This document shows, in pieces, positions 36,513 to 50,880 of a stretch of DNA of 64,000 nt. Both the position numbers and the translations under genes were made by a program. Under the pieces are notes generated by a model, which saw only the letters and a list, made by a program, of their open reading frames with translations, was not told where the DNA came from and did not search any database. Origin of the DNA: Catajapyx aquilonaris (Eukaryota); NCBI GenBank assembly GCA_000934665.2, contig JYFJ02001100.1:1-64000 (forward strand), written 5' to 3'. How positions within the stretch are numbered: the first letter of the stretch is position 1; each line of letters opens with the position of its first letter.

Positions 36513-39500
36513 GTTAAATTTTTAAATAATTAAAAAATGACAAAAACTGTTAGGGTGCCTTGATGAGATTGGCCCAAATTTTTTGTACCTTTTGGGTAAA
36601 ACGCACACGTACGGTGGAGGCCGTAGAAGCAATGCATTTAACCTTCGTAAGGGACCAATCATGTGATCTAATGAACTGGTAGTTGTACAGTCTCCCAAGC
36701 TTTTATTTTCCGAGGATTGTTGCGTTGACAATAGACCCTGAGTATCACGAAGAGTGACACCCTTTTAGCATGCTGTAGTCTGCCATTACCATGGTAGCTC
36801 CAGTGGTCACAGTTCTGCCGTGGTCAGGAAGAAGGCCGCATCTGCAATGTGCAGATACGGCGCTTTTCCTGATCGTGGCAGAGTTACTACTCTAGGGGGG
36901 TATGAAGGTGTTACTGAATTTTTGTGTATTTATTTGAAAGTCCCACTCATTACTCATGCTGCAAAACGTAGTAAGTTGCATCCCTGTCCTGTGACATATT
37001 CCAGAGTGATTGTGCATGTCACATGAGGTTCATGAGCCCTTTTTCAATTGCGTTGAATGTACATTGAGAGTGGATCGATGTGAATTTTTAAATGTGCTGT
37101 TGAGATTCACACCATCTTTAAAAAGCGACTGGTCATATTAGCTCCCTCCTTTCTTGCCTTGATTTGACTCCTGAAACATACAATTTTCATGCCATTTTCA
37201 TACAATAAATTATTCTTTTTGGAATGTAGGTGTTGTTAAAATTTTGTCAATAATAATTGTTCATCCTGAATGCACTGAGTTCCATTCTGCTCAAAATGTT
37301 GCCTTAAATATTTGGAATCTCATGCTACTTGAAGTTGTGATTTAAAAAAAAATGAAAAGAATGAACAACACTTGTTGCAATTAGGCTGTAGGCCTATTTT
37401 TAATATTATTATAGGTTACAAATGCATGCATTTTTAATGGAGGTAAAAAAAAGTTTGTAGGGAGCAGTCTCTGGAAGTTCCCACAGACGAAAATATTCTA
37501 GTAAATAATGGTGTTATGCATGGGAAGTCTGACAACAATGAGTGAGTGTTTGTAATGTGTGGCATGTGCATTGGGGCGGCTCCCAAAGACGGATGAAAGG
37601 AATTTAGTTGTTTGGAAAAATAATCAAGTTATGTTTATATAAAGGGTAAAACAATAGAGTAAGAAAGTTTGTACTTTAGTAGGGTACATCCTGTATTATT
37701 ATTATTTCTTTTTTTATGCAACTGTTGCCTTTATATTTCAATAAAGACTGCCGATAACGACACGAGTGTTCTTTCACCCTGTATATGGCTAAAGCTCGAG
37801 GAAACTTTCGTCATCCTTCACCACAAAGAAACAATCCGGTTTTAAGACCAGGTTCGTGACTCAGCCCTTGCCGCGTTGGCCACTTTCTTCTTCTTACTAG
37901 GTTTAAATGGCCACTGTCTGGTCACTGCTTGGTAACAGCGAGGCTGGAAAATCGTGCGGAACATGCCTGAGGATGTACGTGGCTGCCTGCTCCAGTGCTT
38001 TCAAAGTTCAGTGGCTTTATCCCATCAGGGTCAAACTCCTGGTGACTCCCTGGGTAAGCAGGTGAAGCCTGGCCGAACAAAACCATCAGGTCTGGTCTGC
38101 TGGTCCAGAAGAAGACTGGTTGCTACCCACCTGGGGGGGGGCTACCTTTAAAGGCAACGCTGCAACCTCATTTACAAAGCTAGGCCTAAAACCGGCCATT
38201 TTGTACCACGCGACATCAGGCTCATCTGAAATGGCTGATATTTGGTTCATTCCACAGATTCGGCAACATGGCAGCAATTTTCTCCCACGGCCATGCCCAC
38301 CTGGATTCCTAAAAGCCCAACGCTGCTGGTTCCTCCTCACAAAGGTTCTGTAATTCCCCCACCATCCCCCTTTGTATATGTTACAACAAAAGGTGAGCCC
38401 CCCTTCTTTTCCCTACAGCAGGGGAGGGTTTTTAGGGGGCTGCAGATGGGCTACCTGCGTGAGGCTACGATTTTCCACCAAGTTCTGAGGTCACTTGATC
38501 TCGTGCAAGAAGCTGGCCCCCGGTGTGGATGCCAAGGACAATGTATATCGGATTCCAAACTGAGCTTTGACCAGAGGAGCTGATGCAATCAGGAAATTCA
38601 TTATTTTATTGGAGACACATACATCGACTCACGGGGACGGGGCCAAAGGTTATTGGGGATAGAAATGTGAGGCTGTGTATCGCTGACGTTTATCTTTGAC
38701 CGCACAGTGCGGGTCGGCACGTGTATGCGTAAATTCATGACGTCTCGTTTTTTTGTATGTGGAGATGTAGGGTACGTATCCTTGGCTTTTCACTTTCTGG
38801 GCTTTGAAGGCCAGTGGATCCAGTATTGAAGGGGTAAATCAGTTAGCCATCCATTGTTCAGTTATGGTAATATTTTTAGCATATTGGGCAAGACCTCTTC
38901 ACCATAATATAATGATTAGCCTTGTTTCAATATTTGTAGTCCCAGCATGCTGGTCAAAGCTTATTTTTAAATCACGACTATTGCCATATTAATGACTAGT
39001 ATTCATGTAATTGGACTGCTTTACCTGGAAAAGTGCGCATTAATAGATCATGAGGATAAAATTCCTTGTGAACAGAACCTTTCAAAAGATGTACTATGCT
39101 TCTCATCTAATCAGATCTATACAGTAGGCTATGTTGAGGTTAACGCTGCTGAGTATTGTGTAATAATACTGTATGAGCTACTAACACAATTAATTTCTCT
39201 ATAACGTATAAGTCAGCAATGATTTAAATACCACGCCGGCATCGCAAATAATTAAAGTAGCCTACATGCACCTTGTATATATACTTCATGTGCAACAGCT
39301 CACGTAATGGAGATGTTACGTGCGTCAATAAACAAGGATATATTTCAAGTGGCCTGCACAATCTAATGATCAGTGAACAAACAAGTGTGTAGAAGCGATT
39401 AATTAGCTTAATTGAGAGGCAACCGTTTTATCTGGTTGCATTATTCTCTGCGGATTGCAAGAGATAACGCATCGATGTAGGCCTACGTACTTGTGATGCC

Positions 39501-42500
39501 GACTCGCGATTGGATAACAGCACGCCCCTTTCCATTTTTACGACAGGTATCTCTCTCGGTCACCTTGCCGATTGACAAAGGGTGTCAAGGGTTAAAATAA
39601 GAGAACAGAATTCAGGTTCGAGGTGAACATTGCGTATACAGTCTAGAGACACACTTGTTATAGGAAATTTATTTTTATGCATAATTATAGTTCGTGCCAC
39701 ATTTACTAAGATCTTTAGGAGATACTGTATATTGATGACGACTGTTTCTATCATTCTTCTGTATAGTAATATGATGTGCGTGTGGGACGTACTAAAAGCA
39801 GATGGTACTACTACTGTACTATATACTACTATCTAAACACTGCATCTTCATGGCCGAATCGTGGTCTATGGTTATAGGCGTGCATGTTAGTTTTGCCTGG
39901 ACGATGCACGTACTGTACTTGTAGTGGGTGAAGCAAATGCCCAGACGGACTGGAGGTCACATCAACCACCTGTGGCTAGGAATCTGAGCATGCACACATG
40001 TCTAGACGTGACAGCGTGTGAATAACTAATAATAACAGAAATAACTCGAGGGGGTGGTGGTACTGTTTGGGTGCAAACAATCAGGTAGCGACCAAACGCC
40101 AAAATGTCAGAAATTAGTGTTGGTCAGATTTCTACCAATCTTCTGTGTGTCCTCTGAACACACTAAATATTATTTTGGTGTCACATGTGGAGTTACTTTC
40201 ATAAATATTTGCTCCCAAAGTCTACTAGCTGGGAGGGGATTCCTCCACACGTGAAAGTAGGGCCAAGGTAGCCATCCATCATATCAATCAGATCTCATAG
40301 TAGGCTACGTATGTAGGTGATGGAAGAACGTGTAGAGACATAAAGCAGTATACGCCCCTTTCACAATATCGTATAATAATAGTCCAACTAGAAATGCGTG
40401 GGCGGTGTTTTATGGCGTGTCTGGAAGTCCTACTGGCGCTAAGTATAAATACGCTCATATTACGTACACAAAGTGAAGTGGGGCTCAAAATACTATCCAC
40501 CAGGTAAATGTAAGAGCAGATAATGCCACAATTTTGATATCAACCTTTCATAGCGACAGTTTTAAGACTTTTACGGTATGTTTGTTTAGTTTTTCTTTCA
40601 GATGTAATCTTAAGGCCACTATTTATCCTTCTGACAAGTAAGAAAATAAGCTTAGAAAACTGAGATAAGGTTTATGTGGGTCATCATGTCTGGGACTCGG
40701 GAAAATCTTGTTCTACTTGAATAATTGAGGAAATATTCGAGTCTGTATAAATATGTATTTGGCCCACATCCCATGCATGACATGAAGAATCAAATGGAGA
40801 TGGCGAAGATAGTGCAAGTGGCAGGTTTTTAGATCAACATTAACTATAGGATCATATTTAGCTTATTTATTTTACATTATGGGTGTCTTATAGATATTGA
40901 AGGTAAGACAATCACTGAAGGCAGGACAATCAACTTGTTCAATTAATTAATGGAAATTTATCCAACTTCGTGCAAATTCTCCACCCGTTCCTTTAGGATT
41001 AGGCCTATCTTGCTTTGTTACCTGCCAAAAATAAATTATTGGGCTCTGATTCAAACTCAAAAGGCTGTTCACTGAATTTGAGGTTTTAACTAACTGTTCC
41101 CTTTCACACTGCACAAGCGATGTTTTTTTTAAAAAATTCACTCTACGACCAATACATGAGTCCAACAGGAGTCAGCTGGAGGTAGACCTCAGTAATATGC
41201 AGGTTGCAAAAACTAATATTACTGTATTATCAAACTGCTAAGCTTAGATCTTCTAGAACCCCTCGAGACCTTGGTGCTTTGGTGCACAGTATACGTACAA
41301 GGACTCTGTGAAAAACAGGAGAAAGTGCAACAATTTCTGATTTACAACCTTCCTGAGTACTTTGAAAGGGGGCAATTCATTACTGTCCGTAAAGCAATTA
41401 GTAGCCTCGCCTTTTCAGTCCGACAGGCTAGAGGACAGTGTCTTCTTTGTCCCTATTTACATTTCCTTACACAAAAATTAATATCAAAGTCCATGGAAAG
41501 TAAAAATGTACATTTATAACTCTCCGACGTCATGCCCGGTTATGTCTCAAAAAAATATAAAGAGCAGTAACCTGCCGGTATTTGACTGGACAAATCCGGC
41601 ATATCCTGTTTCAGCACTGACACATTGGTGCGGTATTTGTTGTAAGCAGGACAGCAGGCACAAGTATTCCACCGACTGTTGGTAAGTGTAAGTTTTTAAT
41701 CATATGAAATTGAGCTATTTTACAAAAAAAAATCCACACACTTCTGGTTGGATGATTCAGTGACATCCCCAGATGTCTGTATCCCACGTGCTACTTCTGC
41801 GATAAAGTTATCTGGAAAAAGAAAGCATATTCCACGAACTCAGCAGTATAGCCTCTGGATGTCTCATCTTACAGTAATGCAATATATTATTATCACGAGC
41901 CCTCGAGTCCTAGATTTTCACCTGCAAGGACTCGCGATCAGTGACCTTCATTGCACCCGAGAGCAAAACCTGCACTCGGTGACTCGTGAGTGGCACCTTG
42001 AAATAACGTGACTGATAACATACCGCTGCATCACGGTTCAAGTGTCATTAACTCCAGAGGAAAATTAAATGACTGACTGCACATTTTTTAGGACTTCACT
42101 CACTCCAGGCATTGTTGGGGATGCATATTTATCACGTGATAATAAGAGGGTCGGTGCCTGATTGCCACTTTTTAATTGACAACCGATGGATTGCAGAGTG
42201 CAATGCACCAAACAATCAACCTGTCTTTTTGCAAGGGCGCACCCACACTTGGAGGGTAATAAAACCACAATTTTTAAGCTGTAAGTTCATTGCTACCGTG
42301 GGAGTGTTAAAACCTCAAGATTTGACCTGGCTGATATCTAAAAACTAGAAACGGGACTTTTGGAGAAGGGGACAAATTTTTTGGACGATAAGTCAAGCAT
42401 ATCAACCGCAGTCGGATCCATTTGAAGTCATGCCTGGCACCCCCCAAGCAGCGGAAATAGGACCCATAAAATTAGAACCAGAACCTAGGGCAAGAGAAAA

Positions 42501-45500
42501 CGGACTGCTTCTCATTAGATGCACCATGGGGAAGTTGAGGGGAGAAAAAGGAAATAACCAATTTAGGCTGAGGACCTGAGTAAACAAACATGTGGCAGGA
42601 TGATGGACAGGAAATGTGAGAAAAGGCAGATCACTACACAAAGTCCGGTTGTATTAAAGAATGCAACAATGGACAATTTGATTAGATAAAGTCGACCACC
42701 CTGCCAGTTCTGTTTGGTTACTGGACAGGAGGGTGTGCCGCATGTAAAACTGGTTCTGTCCGCAAAACCAGATTTACTGGCGCCATGGACCAGTTTCATG
42801 TCCAGTGGTGCACCATTGCGGTACCCTGGGTGAACATGTGCAGCCCAAAAGAAGAAGCGATGGTCACGTATGATTGTGAACTACAGGGTGTCCATACAGT
42901 ATGTCTCTATTGAAACACCATACCTGCCCAATACACGAAGTAAACACGCAGATAAAAATGACAGAAAACATCGAGATAGTACTGCAGGTACGCCTTGAAA
43001 CTTATTATGTAATGAGTGTTGTTGAGTTAATGGGCGTTAAGATTTGGCGTGATAACAAATATATTGCTAGCAGTGACGAATTTATCTACATCCCATCACA
43101 TATTCAGGAGCCAAGTTACGGTCGAGTGCTTTTGTAAGGCGTTACATAACAGGATAGTTTCGTCCAAATAATTTATTCTTCGCAAGGTCAAAGTCACTGA
43201 TGCGAAATGATTCGTCACCTGTGATTGATCAAGGGAACAGCGCTAATTTGCACACCTACGTTATGCGTATGCGAACGAATTTTTTTTCCTGACCCCATCC
43301 TGTTATCACCATCATCCCTAAAAAAGTGTCCTTGGCCAATAAACCATACACTTGAACGTTGAACCTCTCGAGGCATCCTGAGGGACCACTCTTCGGGAGC
43401 TGAAAGCCAATGTTTATATGGGATGGTCATGCCAATCACAATAAGGGCGGGTTCTTGACATTGAGTTAAAAAACTGACCACTTAGGCAACATCGCCCATC
43501 TTATTGTTGACGAAACGAGCTAAGAGGATTATGTTAGATCTAGGATAAAAAAAAACCATGACGCAAGACCACGTTGCAACACTTCCAAAAAAGATGACCC
43601 CCTACAAAATAAGGGCCAGTGGCTCCCAAATGGATGACGTAGCCGTATGATTGCCATTTGATTGGCCCCACCAGAAGTGGCCTTATTGTCTACGGCCTGC
43701 TTCATAAGCTCCCATTAGCCCGAGCTGGAACGAATAAAAAGGTCCCCTGTTAGTGTGACCTCCTGGAGTTCAAAGCCCTCTGAATTCAAGAGTCTTAAAA
43801 GTTGGACGGAAAAAAACGTAGCACGGAAAGAAAATAAATAAGAAATGTAGGGCTGGGTTAAATGTCATTGATAACTCCAAAAGATTGGTGGAAAAAAATA
43901 TGGTGCTTCTTTAAAGTGTTACATTTCAGGGTGCTGTACGTGCTATGGAAACTAGAGCGCATTAGGGTCAATTGAGGAATACATCACGGCTGTTCCCATG
44001 CGTAATAGTTGGGGAAGGTCGGGCTTGAAGGCCGCCGAAGGGTACGAAAGATCTGCCGTTTGTTGCTTACTGTTGGTCAGTTGGGACTTTAAAAAGAGAC
44101 GCTAGGTGTTACGACATTTGCGATATCGATATCTTGGCGGGGTATTGGTTTTGAGGCCAAATATTGGACGGAAAAAAGTGCCCCTTGACCCGGCTTTGAA
44201 CAAGTGTCGGATCAAAAAGGACATCAAACATACATATAAGACTGACAGATTCAAGTGTTTGCATTGTCTCAGTTTTTTATTTGTTCTGATTCCTCTGCTG
44301 TTACGTCATAGAAAAAAGAGCGTAAACAGTTGACGAATAAATAACATTCCATTTCTTACAGTTGAACATAATCATTCGGTACTGACGAGAAAAAAAGAGC
44401 TGCATTTTTTAGTAAACATGTTTTTGCACCTTAATCACCAGACAAAATGACCTCTGCTTATTAGTCCTAATATGAGACAAAATTGATGGGGCAGCCAGTA
44501 CGCAACACTCGTTAAAACTGATTAAATAACTCTCTTCACACGAAAATGGTTCGGCAGGTACAATCTGATATAATCCGTCAGTTAATCCATCCGTAGATGT
44601 ACCAAGTGATTAAGTAACACTTGCAGGATATATCCCATTTGCAATATCGTCTACTTCAAATCTTCCCACTATAGGATATTAGGTAATTTTGATCACAACC
44701 ACATCAATTACGTTAGATAAGAGCATAGATAATTAACTCATACGCACTTCTAGAGGAAAGTTTTTTAGTCTCAAGAGTTTGCAATACTGATAGTATACTC
44801 AATGTCAATACTACACACGACTCCTCAGGATCTTGCAAAGTCTGTGGTAATGATAATTATTGCACACCATTGCGGAAATACTATAACGGAAGCATTGCAT
44901 GCACTTCTGCAAGATTACATTGCAACAGAGTAAGTATGATCTCGAAAGACACTTTGCGGACTACGCAATAATGTTCAAGATATTCCTTGCACTGCACATT
45001 GTCTTGCAATACTGCATTATAACATTCAATACAGTACTGTACTTAATCATTTCAGTCCATTGAAGATGATACTACTAGATTACTGGCTAATAACTTTTCT
45101 TGTACCAGCAGGAGTTGATATAATTTTAAAGTAAATAGATGTGTGAGAATTTTACTCCGGCGGATAAAAATAAAGTTGTGCATAATTCATTTCCGTAAGC
45201 TCAGGAGAGAAAATAATATCGGGCTAAAAATACTGAGCGTGCATTTGCATACGAACTACGCAATTTTGGTTACATAAATAGACGAATTATTATTTGCATA
45301 TTTACTTCATTAATTTGACTCATCACAATGCCGCTGTACAGGCATGTGACGTCAATACGATTGGATCCCATATCAATGAGGTGCTAATCACGCACACCTT
45401 TGTATTATAGTGTCTCCTGCATGTCTGTCGCAAGTAGGTGAGGTATTAGAACGAAGAATTTGATCTGGAGTTTAGCTAGGATATCTGATAAAATAATATA

Positions 45501-48500
45501 GGCTACTAACTTGCGTATGTGTTAGTTCAAATAGCGTTAAATCACTATGTACAAAATGTATAACGCTGGGCAGGCCATTGTTGCTTCGGAATGTCAGTTT
45601 TTCGTGATTTTTGCATTGAGAAACCATTCCCGATATATACTTTATGAGTGTGTAGCAATGACGAAGTACAACCGCACGTACAGTATCAGTATGAAGATTG
45701 CGCAGTTGTTTGTGTAAATATTTTTAAACAATTCTGCACGAATATTCTAGAACTGTATTGTGCTGTGTATGAACCCTTGTTGTCTCAAAAGTGACAATGT
45801 CACATCACGTCAGTCTGGATCTTGCTATTCATCTGCAGTATAGGCCTATGTGAGGAATTTGTAAATAATTATCCAGATATATCTAATATTAGCCCGAATG
45901 TTCTTCACTATTAAACTTTGCTTTCTGATACCGGTACCTTGTGCATGTTTATTAAGCAGTAAGGTATCATATCTGCTCTGAATATATATTTGCCACATAC
46001 AAACTCTCCGGATATTTGACAAAAAGAGATTTGCTTATCCTTAGACGCTTAGAGAATAGGCTCTACTCTCTGTAACTGATAGGCAAGAAAAATAAATCAG
46101 TGCAAAACATTTACACCGCAAGTATGAGCTATTATTAACTGTTCTTCAGGTTATAACACGAGTCACGCGATTAGCTTTTTACTTTATCTATTTTCAACTC
46201 AAAGAGGAATAAAAACAAAATGAGGCTCATTAACGTCACTTACGCTGTTTTTACTTCAGCAAAGTCAATAAAAACATCAGCTTACCAGGCCATCATAAGG
46301 AATTGGAAATCATAACACTCTATACCACTAAATGTACTCTACTTAATGCAGGCCCATAAATATTACTAATCATGCTTGACACTTGTGTATCTCATACGGT
46401 ATATGGGATAAGCGCCTCATTTACAGAGGGGTCGTACATCACGCACCAATAATTTTCCTGTAAACAGCATAGCTGTAAACAGGACGTGGTCACATAACGG
46501 AAACAATATTAACTCAATTTGTACAAACTTTTGCGCTACTATACAACTTCGCATTACAGGCACGTCTGATAACGTCACATAATGTACGTATGTAACATCA
46601 GCTGTCGGCAATCTGAAAAGGAAATTGCATAATAAGGTGTGTGATTCAATAGAGGGGGTTAACAGAGACATTTAAGTCCATATATTGAGCAATGAATGAC
46701 GCCCTTAATATATATATATTTCAATACGCATATCAGTGATGCAAAGATTGACTTTACGGGCGTTTTCAGCTGGATTGCATCTTATTGTGAAGTCATTGTC
46801 AACATTAGTCATCTCTTTTCTTAAACAGCCTCTTAATTCGCGAATGTTCCAAGTTTTCCTGCTTTGTTTAGCTGTTTACTCAAATTGTTTAGCAGGTTTG
46901 GACCTCAAGGCCAGCCCATGCTGGAAGTGCACGATTCACAGTGAGAGCCGGGGTTTTAAGTCGAGGTAATGTCAACAGCTGATTTCCGGTTCGGATTAAG
47001 TCCAAAGGGCATCGTCAGCGTCACTTTGGCCCTCAATCAAACTTTAAAGTGCAATCCAAGACTCTGTCCTCATATCTTGAATCAACGCCTCAAATCATTA
47101 AAGGCGAAGCCGCTTCGTACGTGACAATATGCGACAAATCATCGTGCAAGAGACAACGACACTTTTGTCATAGTTTATACCTGTGGGCGCTGCACTTCAA
47201 TTGTGTCTTCGTGATCGCTGACAATTGTGTGGACCGGTTCTCTTAACTTTAACACACCCAGTTAATTTTATCGCTTACGCAACGCAATGACGTGTATGTG
47301 GCCTTATTCGCACCTTTTGACACCTTTTTTTGCATCTAATTGTTGGTGTGCAACTAAGGAGAGAGGCGAGACATGACTTGTAAGATGTGCAAGTTGGTAT
47401 AATTTTCTCACAAGGACGGTTTTGCCGAATGCATATTCGGGAGTTACGTAATTTTTTTATTCAGAGATGACCTTGCTAAGATGGTCGAGCCAAAAATGTA
47501 TTATACCACTCGTAATGACATATGAAGCGAAAGGCTAGCTGCCCTTGAAAGATAGCGGGATACAATTTTCCTCCCTTTTGAAACTGGTTTAGATTGTTTT
47601 GTTGCAGATGCAAAAAATAGAGGCATAAAGTTTATTTTAGTACGGCTGTATCCAGGTAGGCAGAGTCTCGAATAAACTACAGTACCATAGTACAAGGCAG
47701 ATAAGTAAGTTTACTATGGAATACAATTGTGTAGATAAAGACATTGTTTGTAATACCAACAATGTCATATCAAAAAAAGAATTTGTTGCACTGTACAAAC
47801 AGAACCGCTTTTTAAATACAAATATTTGGATACTGCGATTGTCTACAGAATAATCAAAAACAAAGACAAGTGTATCTTTAATCGTGTAATTATTATTTTT
47901 TAAACATTTGTGTTGAACTTCCCAATTTCCACCTAATTATTGACCCCCATCAGTCACATTTTTCGTGTGACTATGGACTCGCGCCACCCTGTACCAGCCC
48001 TGCAGTGTCTCACTTTTCAACCCAAGACCTTGACTGACTAGTTCACTGTACCGGTACTGTAAAACCTGTTTGAACTGGTCACATCTCTTTTTCCACCTTG
48101 CTCATGTTACGCGGATTTGTTCAAAAGTAATCCAACCGAAATCCACAGGTCGCGTATTTCACACGACCCGCTTTGCAAACAACAATGGTCCACCGCCATC
48201 TGTTGGTTCCCTTCTCAAAATACGTTCGAGTAGTTTCTGGCAATAGAGGGCACGGCCTGCTACGCCAGACACTTACGCTTATATTCCTCCCTAGGAGTAA
48301 GTTCCTGCCCTCTGGAGTAACTTTTGTCGACTATTGGAGGAGTTAGGGAGGAAATTCCGGTTTGGCGGTTATGACATTTATTACGTGTGTAAAGAAGGCC
48401 ATTGCCTTCTACTCAAACGCTGCTCGAGAGTACTGTCATTACTCTGTGATTATTTTCAGACGCAATTTGCTGGGTTTTATGCATCGCTTGACTGGTTAGG

Positions 48501-50835
48501 TACTTGCAAGAAGTTGTGTTTACGGAAAAGGAAGATTCTTGCAAGATTTGGATGATTCCAGGGAATTATGCCTGGTGTATTCCTTGGCCAGGGGGTAAAT
48601 GTGTGCATTACATTATAACATCGTCGTGTTTTTAAATATGAACTTAATACGAACAATTTATATGCACGATGAAGTTCTAGCCACTTCTTCAGAATCAAAA
48701 GCAATATTATATAAGCAGACTTTTAAAGTCTGAATGACGTCACTTTTCTTGTTACCGTGACTGGTTTATAGTAAGGACTAAAAAGGTGAGTCATTTGAAA
48801 TTTTAAAACATCCGGCTTAAAATTGCTCAATTTCTTCCAGTGTTAAATAGCTATTGATATATTGTTGATGTTCACATAATTACACAGTACGATTTTTAAC
48901 AGTTCGATATGATTTCACTTTTCGGGTGTAGGCTAGTAATATTAACAAAAATTAAATTTGTCATTGTTTGGTTTAAAAATATTACATGAAATATTAACAT
49001 CAACAATATCAGCAACAATAATAGTAGATCGATCCACTTGCCCTCGTCATTAAATTTGGTCGCCACTGAAATGTTGGTTGAAGATAGTTATAATAATCAC
49101 TTTAGAAAATATTATTGCTAATACAGAGTCCAAATTTATGAAAATCGTTGCCTTAAAAATGGGGAAATCTGAATATTTGAGAGAGAAATGTTTCAATTGG
49201 AGGCACATTCACGTGACTTTCGTGCATCTCAATATAGACATCAATGACATCTAGATACTTGAGTCCGCGTGTGACTGGCTTGCTAGACTCTCTTTACATA
49301 GAACTTGTTATTCTGGGTTTCGTGCCAGAGATGCACCGCTGACGACAGCACATTTGCATGATTCACTGATTTTAAAAGTGACTTTGGCTTGCTCTAAAGT
49401 CTAAACGAATAAGGGCTAGTGCATTGTGGGCTCGGGATCTGTATTATCTTTATACTCACTTCTGCTCTGGCATTTCAGTAGGTCATTTCCGTTTGTTGAC
49501 ACTGCCTGGTTTGAACCAGAACTGATTTCTGCAGACCTATAGCACTGCAGATTCCCGGAAGTGAAATGAAACCGGAATTTTATTGTAGCATCAGTTTGTT
49601 TCGATACACAGTTCTGTTTAGCAATTATTAAATGTTCAGTTTTTAAATACATTTCCACAAAAATAGTCCAAACTATACATACGACCTGATTCGGGACGGC
49701 CAGCTGACAATTTTGGCTTGAGACACATCATTCGCATTGTACATGGTGCCTGACATACCCGTACCGATATCCTAATAGCAAAGGCATGCATGGAGTGGCT
49801 CCATGGGTGGGCTAAAATTAATTCTACTCGAGGTCAGCATCCGAGGGTCTATCCCCCTTTAAGGAGCTTGCACATGGTTAGATATATACTTTTTGCATCG
49901 GAAACCGACAGGATGGCAATCGCACAAGTCAACGTCAACGTCAATGCCATGAATCAACATGGACATGTTAGGAAACTCTCGACGCCACATTTTCTAGGAA
50001 TTTTTAGTGATGGCTTATTGTTAGGGAAGTTATGTCCTTGTCCCGTCTGTCTTTGGGAGACTGGGATGAAGCCAGGGGACGGTTGTCTTTTGCTTTTTGA
50101 TGATCCGTATCTCTTTGTGAAGTGAGGCATTGCGACTATTGACCTTCCCGTGTCCCGTTGACCTCAAGCCACAAGAACCTCGGTGTTGTGGCAGTTCAAA
50201 TTTTCTGCCTCTCAACAATCCTATAGTTCACACCTGCTACCACGATTTATTTTAGGCGTTTGACTCTCTTAAAATAACCGTTTTTCTAGCAGACAAAGCG
50301 CTTTTTCGGCTACCCAGCCAGGTGGGCCGTGTTAGATACGCTGGCTTACTCTTGAATAGATGGCACACCTTGGGCAACTGCATGATAAATTTTTTTGAAT
50401 GATAGAAACGGACATGAGGTGTCTATAGCGGAAACGCTCAATTCCACTGAAATTTTCCGCAATATGCCATTCTGAGCATTATCTCACTAACACTGGCTCT
50501 ATATATCAACGCAAATCAAGGAAAATATAATTTCGATTTTGCATATAGGTGATTAATGTGTGCGTGATCCGGCATATTCAGAAAGTTTTAAAATCAGGTT
50601 AATACCATCGCCAGTAAGTGTGTGGGAAAATTGAGAATTTTTCAACATATTAAAAAAGGTAAATGGAAATATTTCCTATTCTGTGATTAATTTTGTGATA
50701 ATTTTTTAAAATGAATAGGAGTTGTAATAAGTTAATTGATTTCTACATTAAATGTTCCATTTTATCTTATGTACTTACCTCTGAATTATTTTCCACGTGT
50801 TATTAAGTATAAAGGTGTATGAACATAATGAATCT

Positions 50836-50880
50836 TTTGGAGCAGAAATTATGTGACCGTCACATAATTTCTGCTCCAAA
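50836..50880. repeat. Perfect 45-bp palindrome (22-bp arms, 1-nt centre)
   Basis: TTTGGAGCAGAAATTATGTGAC-C-GTCACATAATTTCTGCTCCAAA. Confidence 0.95.

Noticed and set aside
44770..45030. TTGCA-rich degenerate repeat patch
   Set aside because: I could not define a unit, TIR or TSD; probably a decayed repeat.
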